Source of the DNA: a virus
DNA length: 55,345 bases
IMG/VR virus record: IMGVR_UViG_3300036816_000012
Span: 1-55,345 of that record
Reading direction: 5' to 3' (one strand)
The position numbers and the translations under genes were made by a program. Every line of letters starts with the position of its first letter. The first letter of the stretch is position 1. Below, piece after piece: positions 51,069-55,345 of this stretch. A model generated the notes under the pieces. The model worked only from the letters and a program-made list of their open reading frames with translations, made no database searches and had not been told where the DNA came from.

Positions 51069-51096
51069 GGGAGAGGGATAACCTCTCTCTTTTTTT
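51069..51096 (+). terminator. Rho-independent terminator inside the tail operon
   Basis: The stem gggagagg/cctctctc (with one G-U pair) is followed by a T7 run. Confidence 0.7.
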
Positions 51097-51122
51097 ATGT
51101 TCATAAAAGGAGGAATAAGATT

Positions 51123-51416
51123 ATGGCGGTTTCAAAAGTGACGGATGTAAAAGTTCAGTTGGATAAGCCTCGCAGATTCGTTTTTGATCTTAACGCATAT
51201 ATCGAGCTTGAAGAGTTGTACGGATCAAAAGAAGAAGCTGTAAAAGCACTCAAAACAGGCAAGTTGAAAGCTATCCGCAACTGGTTTTGGGCTGGATTGG
51301 TTCACGAAGATAGTTCACTGACCGTTGAGGATGTCGGCAGAATCTTCTCTGAAGCTGACCCGGATACATTGGTGACGATGGCTGACGAGATTCTAAAATC
51401 TGCCACTGCTGAGTGA
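51123..51416 (+). CDS. Tail assembly chaperone (G-like, 97 aa)
   Basis: ATG follows AAAGGAGG. It lies immediately upstream of the tape measure region. Confidence 0.65.
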   Translation: MAVSKVTDVKVQLDKPRRFVFDLNAYIELEELYGSKEEAVKALKTGKLKAIRNWFWAGLVHEDSSLTVEDVGRIFSEADPDTLVTMADEILKSATAE

Positions 51417-51964
51417 TCAGTATGATCAACGTTCGAATTATTAGAGTCCCAATCGAGCTAGACAAGCGGCGTAATATCGTTTTTACTCTCCGTTCATTTG
51501 TCGAGCTTGACGAGATATATGGTTCTAAGAGTAAGGCGCTGGAATCACTCCAAAGCGGAGGACTCAGGCACGTAAGGTCCTGGTTATGGGCTGGATTGAT
51601 AAACGAGGACGATAACCTGAGTGTTGAGGATGTCGGTAGCCTGATCACGGATAGTACCAAGGATGCTCTGATTGAATTAAAAGGACTAATCCTACATGCA
51701 GCTAGTATTAATTTGCCCCAGCAAAAGCCAGATGACGCGATTCATAATGAGGCGCAGGCCACAGAAGAAAACAACGGTTGGGATTGGGATTGGATGTATT
51801 ATATGGGCACAACTTTACTCGGCATGAACGAGGACGAGTTCTGGCGATGTACGGTGCGTAAGCTGTTTGCGCTGTGGGACGTACACGCAAGGGCTAACGG
51901 GTTTGAACAGAAAGAAGAGAAGAAAACGTCTGCCCCACCCGGATATATCGACCAATTCATTTAA
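51413..51964 (+). CDS. Tail assembly chaperone paralog with C-terminal extension (GT-like, 183 aa)
   Basis: Its N-terminal half aligns with the previous ORF (shared 'EL.E.YGSK..A...L..G.L...R.W.WAGL..ED..L.VEDVG'). The start is GTG 51413 or ATG 51422. Confidence 0.65.
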   Translation: MISMINVRIIRVPIELDKRRNIVFTLRSFVELDEIYGSKSKALESLQSGGLRHVRSWLWAGLINEDDNLSVEDVGSLITDSTKDALIELKGLILHAASINLPQQKPDDAIHNEAQATEENNGWDWDWMYYMGTTLLGMNEDEFWRCTVRKLFALWDVHARANGFEQKEEKKTSAPPGYIDQFI

Positions 51965-51982
51965 AGAAAGTGTGGTGAGGTA

Positions 51983-54900
51983 ATGGCAGAAGAAATAGAA
52001 GTTGCTAACCTAGTCACCAAACTAACGTTAAGTGACTCGGGCGTTGAACAGTCAATGGCCCAACTAGGTCGGCAGATGCGGGTAGTGCAGTCTGAATTCG
52101 AAGCATCATCATCCAAACTTAAAACGTTTGGTAGCGCCGAGGAACAGCTCCGAAATAAATCCGAAAGCTTGAATAGGCAAATGGAGATTCAAGGGCAGAG
52201 GATCGTCCAACTTAAACAGAGGTTTGACGAGTCTGCGGCGGCGAAGGGCAAGGACGCGAAAGAAACACAGAACATTGAGAACCAGCTAAATAGGGCTGTC
52301 GCTCAATATAACCGGATGGACGCTGCTCTCCGTAGCACTGAAGCGGAGATACAAAGACAAACCTCTGCATGGAACAGGATGTCGACTGCTCTCGATGCGG
52401 CTGCAAGAAATATGGAGGCAGCAGGCAACAAGATGCGTAACGCAGGCCAAAGCCTTACCATGATGCTGACGGCACCTTTATTGGCTGTTGCAGGCTTGGC
52501 TGGGAAAGCGTCGATTGAGTATGAGAGCGCGTTTGCTGGCGTTAGGAAAACGGTCGACGCGACAGAGGAAGAGTTGCAGAGTTTTAGTGATGGAATCCGT
52601 GAAATGTCTCGTGAAATACCGAAATCAGCCGCAGCTATTGCTGAAGTGGCTGAAGCTGCTGGACAACTCGGCATTAAAAACGATGCTTTGTTAACATTTA
52701 CCCGAACGATGTCTGATTTGGGTGTAGCCACAAACATGACAAGTACGCAAGCGGCAACCGACCTTGCAAGGCTTGCTAACATAACGCAAATGCCGCAGCA
52801 AAACTTTGATCGGCTTGGTGCATCAATTGTAGGACTCGGTAACAACTTGGCGACAACTGAATCTGAGATAGTTGCCATGTCCCTGCGCCTTGCTGGTGCT
52901 GGTAGTCAAATTGGATTAACGGAAGCACAGATTATATCTTTTGGCGGTGCATTGTCATCCGTTGGTATTGAAGCGGAAGCAGGGGGATCGGCATTTAGCC
53001 GCGTTATGATCGACATGTCTCAAGCGGCATTTACTGGTGGGAAAAACCTGAACAACTTTGCGATGGTCGCAGGTATGAGCGCCAAAGAGTTCCAACAAAA
53101 ATTTAAAACGGATGCCTCCGGCGCGCTCATTGACTTTATCGACGGATTGGGTCGAATGTCGGCTGCAGGGGAGAATACCTTTGCTGTTTTGGATGCGCTG
53201 GGATTATCTGAAATACGTGTTCGTGACTCATTGCTACGTGCGTCCGGAGCGGGTGACTTATTCCGTGAATCCCTTGAACTAGGGACAAGAGCATGGGAAG
53301 AAAACACAGCCCTGACAAACGAAGCATCTACTCGTTACGAAACAACAGCATCACAAATCCAGATTATGAAAAACAGGGTTATGGATGCCGCGATAACCCT
53401 TGGCGATTCGCTCAAACCCGCATTGTTGGCGGTTTTTGCTGCTCTAGAGCCAGTTATCCAAAAAGCTGCTGAGTTTGCCAACATGTTCGCTCAGCTTGAT
53501 CAATCCACACAGATGACAATCATCACGATTGCAGCAGTTGTAGCTGCATTGGGTCCAGCTTTACTGATAGTTGGTCAGTTAACCATCTCTATAGCGGCTC
53601 TGATACCAGTTGTACAGGCTTTAGGTACAGCACTGACATTCTTGGCAACCAACCCATGGGGATTGGCTATCACGGCGGTTGTGTCTACCTTAGCGATAAT
53701 GACTACCGGGATATTGAGTGCGAAGGCTGCAACGGAAGAATTAACCGCGGCACAGGTCGCATTGCAAGAAATACAACAAAACGGCATAGACCGCGCAGAC
53801 ATCGCTGCTACTGAAGAGAGAATAACCAAGATAAATGAACTGACAGCATCATATGAAGAGTTGATCAAAGCAGCATCTGAATCGAATGCAGGGCAGCGTG
53901 GTCAAACGATGAAGGCATTAACTCAAGCTGCGGATGAACTAGGGATCAGTATGAGTGATCTCCGGAAAAAGGCTCGCGAATTTGGTGTAGAGCTTGAATA
54001 CGTGGATGACAAAGGCAAACTGAGTGCAAAGTCCATGAAGGACTTGAAAGCAGCATCTGATACGTACTCAACTGCTGTCAAGAACGCTCAGAAAGCTACT
54101 GCATCCGAAATTAACGAGATGGCCCGTGGTGTAGCTGCGAGACAACAGCAAATTAATAGCACGCTCAACATGATAAAGGTCTACAACACCGCAAAGCAGG
54201 GAACGCAAGAGTGGCAAAATGCCCAAAAAAGCTTGATAGACCAATTCCCGCAGTTCGCTACGGCTACAGGCGTTAATACTGAGGCGGTTAAAGGACTGAT
54301 TTTGGTTAAGCAACGAGAAGTTGAGTTGGAATGGCAAAGCATCCAAGTGAAGGCAGCTGAAGCACATCAAGAAAAGATCACAGCTATCGCTAAACAGGAA
54401 GCGGCTATAACAATCGTCAACGGCATCAATAAAATTGCAGGCGCAAGTGGGATTGCTGAGGGCGCTCTGAACAAAATGAATGCTGAGTTAACTCGCCTAC
54501 GTGGTGAGGCGGCATCGTTACAAGCGCTGCTTGATATGAAACCAGGTGACTTTAAACTGCCGACTATTACAGCGGCACCTATTCCGACAACCGGATCAGT
54601 AGCAGGGCTTGACTTGCCAGGAAGTAAGAAAAAAAGCAGCGGATCGAAAGCGAAGAAAGAAAAGACTCCAAAAGAAAAAGCTTATGAAAACGCCGCTTTG
54701 GATGCTGCATACAAGCAGATGGAGCATAAAAAGAAGATGGATCAGCTCACGCTCGAAAGTGAGCTGAAGACTCTCGAAACGATCCAGGCTAAGTATGTTA
54801 AAACAGCAGACGAGCGTATGGAAATCGAAGAGAAAATCTATGCCGTTAAGAAAGCTATTGGCGATAAATCGCTAGACGGTGCCCTTAAAGATTATGAGCG

Positions 54901-55345
54901 TTCGAAGACGCTCGGCAAGCTGACGGAAGCGCAGGAAATAGAACGCCTAAAGCGCATCAAGAAACTGTACGCCGATTCAGCCGAAGAACGTGAACGTATA
55001 GACGACATGATTTTTGAGGCCACTCAGCGGAAGATCGAGAAGGAAAAGGAAGTCCGTAAGGAAGCGACCGACTATGCAAGTAAAATGCTTAGAGCAGCAT
55101 ACGAGGATAGTCTGGCCAGAGAAAACCTTGATGCTGAAAAAAAGTACGAACTTGAAGACAAACTGCTTAATGATCAAATCTATCTCAATAAAAACTATCT
55201 TGATAAGGTTATGAAAGATTCCCGGTACAGCGCTCAGGAGAAAAAGGACATCGAGCGAGAAGTTACGGAAGCTATTAGGGTGCAAACCAACGAGCGTCTT
55301 AATTTAGCTAGGAAGTATGAAGAAGAAAAGGCCAAAATAGACGAA
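51983..55345 (+). CDS. Tail tape measure protein, N-terminal part (runs off the window end and continues at nt 128 via the circular junction)
   Basis: ATG follows GGTGAGG. The frame is open for 3363 nt to the window end. The ORF is absent from the ORF track because it has no stop. The sequence is typical TMP helical/TM-rich sequence. Confidence 0.9.
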   Translation, partial: MAEEIEVANLVTKLTLSDSGVEQSMAQLGRQMRVVQSEFEASSSKLKTFGSAEEQLRNKSESLNRQMEIQGQRIVQLKQRFDESAAAKGKDAKETQNIENQLNRAVAQYNRMDAALRSTEAEIQRQTSAWNRMSTALDAAARNMEAAGNKMRNAGQSLTMMLTAPLLAVAGLAGKASIEYESAFAGVRKTVDATEEELQSFSDGIREMSREIPKSAAAIAEVAEAAGQLGIKNDALLTFTRTMSDLGVATNMTSTQAATDLARLANITQMPQQNFDRLGASIVGLGNNLATTESEIVAMSLRLAGAGSQIGLTEAQIISFGGALSSVGIEAEAGGSAFSRVMIDMSQAAFTGGKNLNNFAMVAGMSAKEFQQKFKTDASGALIDFIDGLGRMSAAGENTFAVLDALGLSEIRVRDSLLRASGAGDLFRESLELGTRAWEENTALTNEASTRYETTASQIQIMKNRVMDAAITLGDSLKPALLAVFAALEPVIQKAAEFANMFAQLDQSTQMTIITIAAVVAALGPALLIVGQLTISIAALIPVVQALGTALTFLATNPWGLAITAVVSTLAIMTTGILSAKAATEELTAAQVALQEIQQNGIDRADIAATEERITKINELTASYEELIKAASESNAGQRGQTMKALTQAADELGISMSDLRKKAREFGVELEYVDDKGKLSAKSMKDLKAASDTYSTAVKNAQKATASEINEMARGVAARQQQINSTLNMIKVYNTAKQGTQEWQNAQKSLIDQFPQFATATGVNTEAVKGLILVKQREVELEWQSIQVKAAEAHQEKITAIAKQEAAITIVNGINKIAGASGIAEGALNKMNAELTRLRGEAASLQALLDMKPGDFKLPTITAAPIPTTGSVAGLDLPGSKKKSSGSKAKKEKTPKEKAYENAALDAAYKQMEHKKKMDQLTLESELKTLETIQAKYVKTADERMEIEEKIYAVKKAIGDKSLDGALKDYERSKTLGKLTEAQEIERLKRIKKLYADSAEERERIDDMIFEATQRKIEKEKEVRKEATDYASKMLRAAYEDSLARENLDAEKKYELEDKLLNDQIYLNKNYLDKVMKDSRYSAQEKKDIEREVTEAIRVQTNERLNLARKYEEEKAKIDE
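55219..55345. repeat. Terminal assembly overlap, right copy (identical to 1-127)
   Basis: Established by direct comparison. Confidence 0.95.

Larger units (their letters stand above)
1..55345. mobile_element. Complete temperate siphovirus genome (phage or excised prophage), circularly closed contig, 55,218 bp unique
   Basis: All modules are present in canonical order: switch, replication, HNH-terminase, head, tail, lysis, cargo, integrase. The first 127 nt recur exactly at the end of the window. Confidence 0.9.

Noticed and set aside
51360-51422. Classical -1 G/GT frameshift between the two chaperone ORFs
   Set aside because: The second ORF is in the -1 frame, but that frame has an in-frame TGA at 51410-51412 just before its start. 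No X_XXY_YYZ heptamer occurs in the last codons of the first ORF (ATT CTA AAA TCT GCC ACT GCT GAG TGA).
52303-52878. 191-aa minus-strand ORF, plus other antisense ORFs at 53020-53307, 53575-53868, 54068-54370 and 54977-55285
   Set aside because: All lie antisense within the tape measure gene. They are Ala/Ser-rich mirror-frame artefacts of a coiled-coil coding sequence.

Overview
The window is one complete, circularly closed phage genome with 55,218 bp of unique sequence. Nt 1-127 recur exactly at 55219-55345, which is an assembly overlap. It is a temperate, HNH/cos-type siphovirus of a Gram-positive, Bacillales-like host (possibly Paenibacillus-type; this is a guess). Layout from nt 1: (a) the 3' end of the tape measure gene, which spans the artificial junction; (b) distal tail genes at 1.2-5.2 kb; (c) an XhlA-like/holin/GH25 endolysin cassette at 5.3-6.8 kb; (d) a ~9.5 kb cargo region at 6.8-16.4 kb; (e) a candidate attP, a large serine integrase, a CI/LexA-type repressor and a cro/antirepressor switch at 16.5-20.3 kb; (f) early genes at 20.4-36.5 kb; (g) an ArpU-type late regulator followed by an unusual insertion at 36.9-42.7 kb; (h) the HNH/TerS/TerL/portal/ClpP-protease/capsid/connector/major-tail/chaperone/tape-measure module at 42.7-55.3 kb. 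The cargo region holds an AT-rich 3-gene membrane-protein moron, hicAB, a minus-strand SRAP/ATP-ligase/NucB block, RHH/wHTH/YolD genes, and an agr-like peptide-signalling cassette with neither kinase nor receiver domain. The early genes include Gam, a Sak4-like ATPase, SSB, a replisome organiser, a G39P-like loader, DnaB, a RuvC-like resolvase, a MazG-like protein, an orphan C5-MTase, YopX and ThyA. The 36.9-42.7 kb insertion holds a ~0.8 kb ORF-free GC-rich structured-RNA candidate, a tRNA with anticodon UAU, a 215-aa plus 759-aa pair with golvesin-like/GH9-like architecture, and small Zn-ribbon/TM proteins. No rRNA, CRISPR array, transposase or IS element was seen. All functional calls rest on motif recognition by eye and gene order, not on database searches. 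Many start codons were moved from the ORF-track start to an internal start that has a Shine-Dalgarno sequence.
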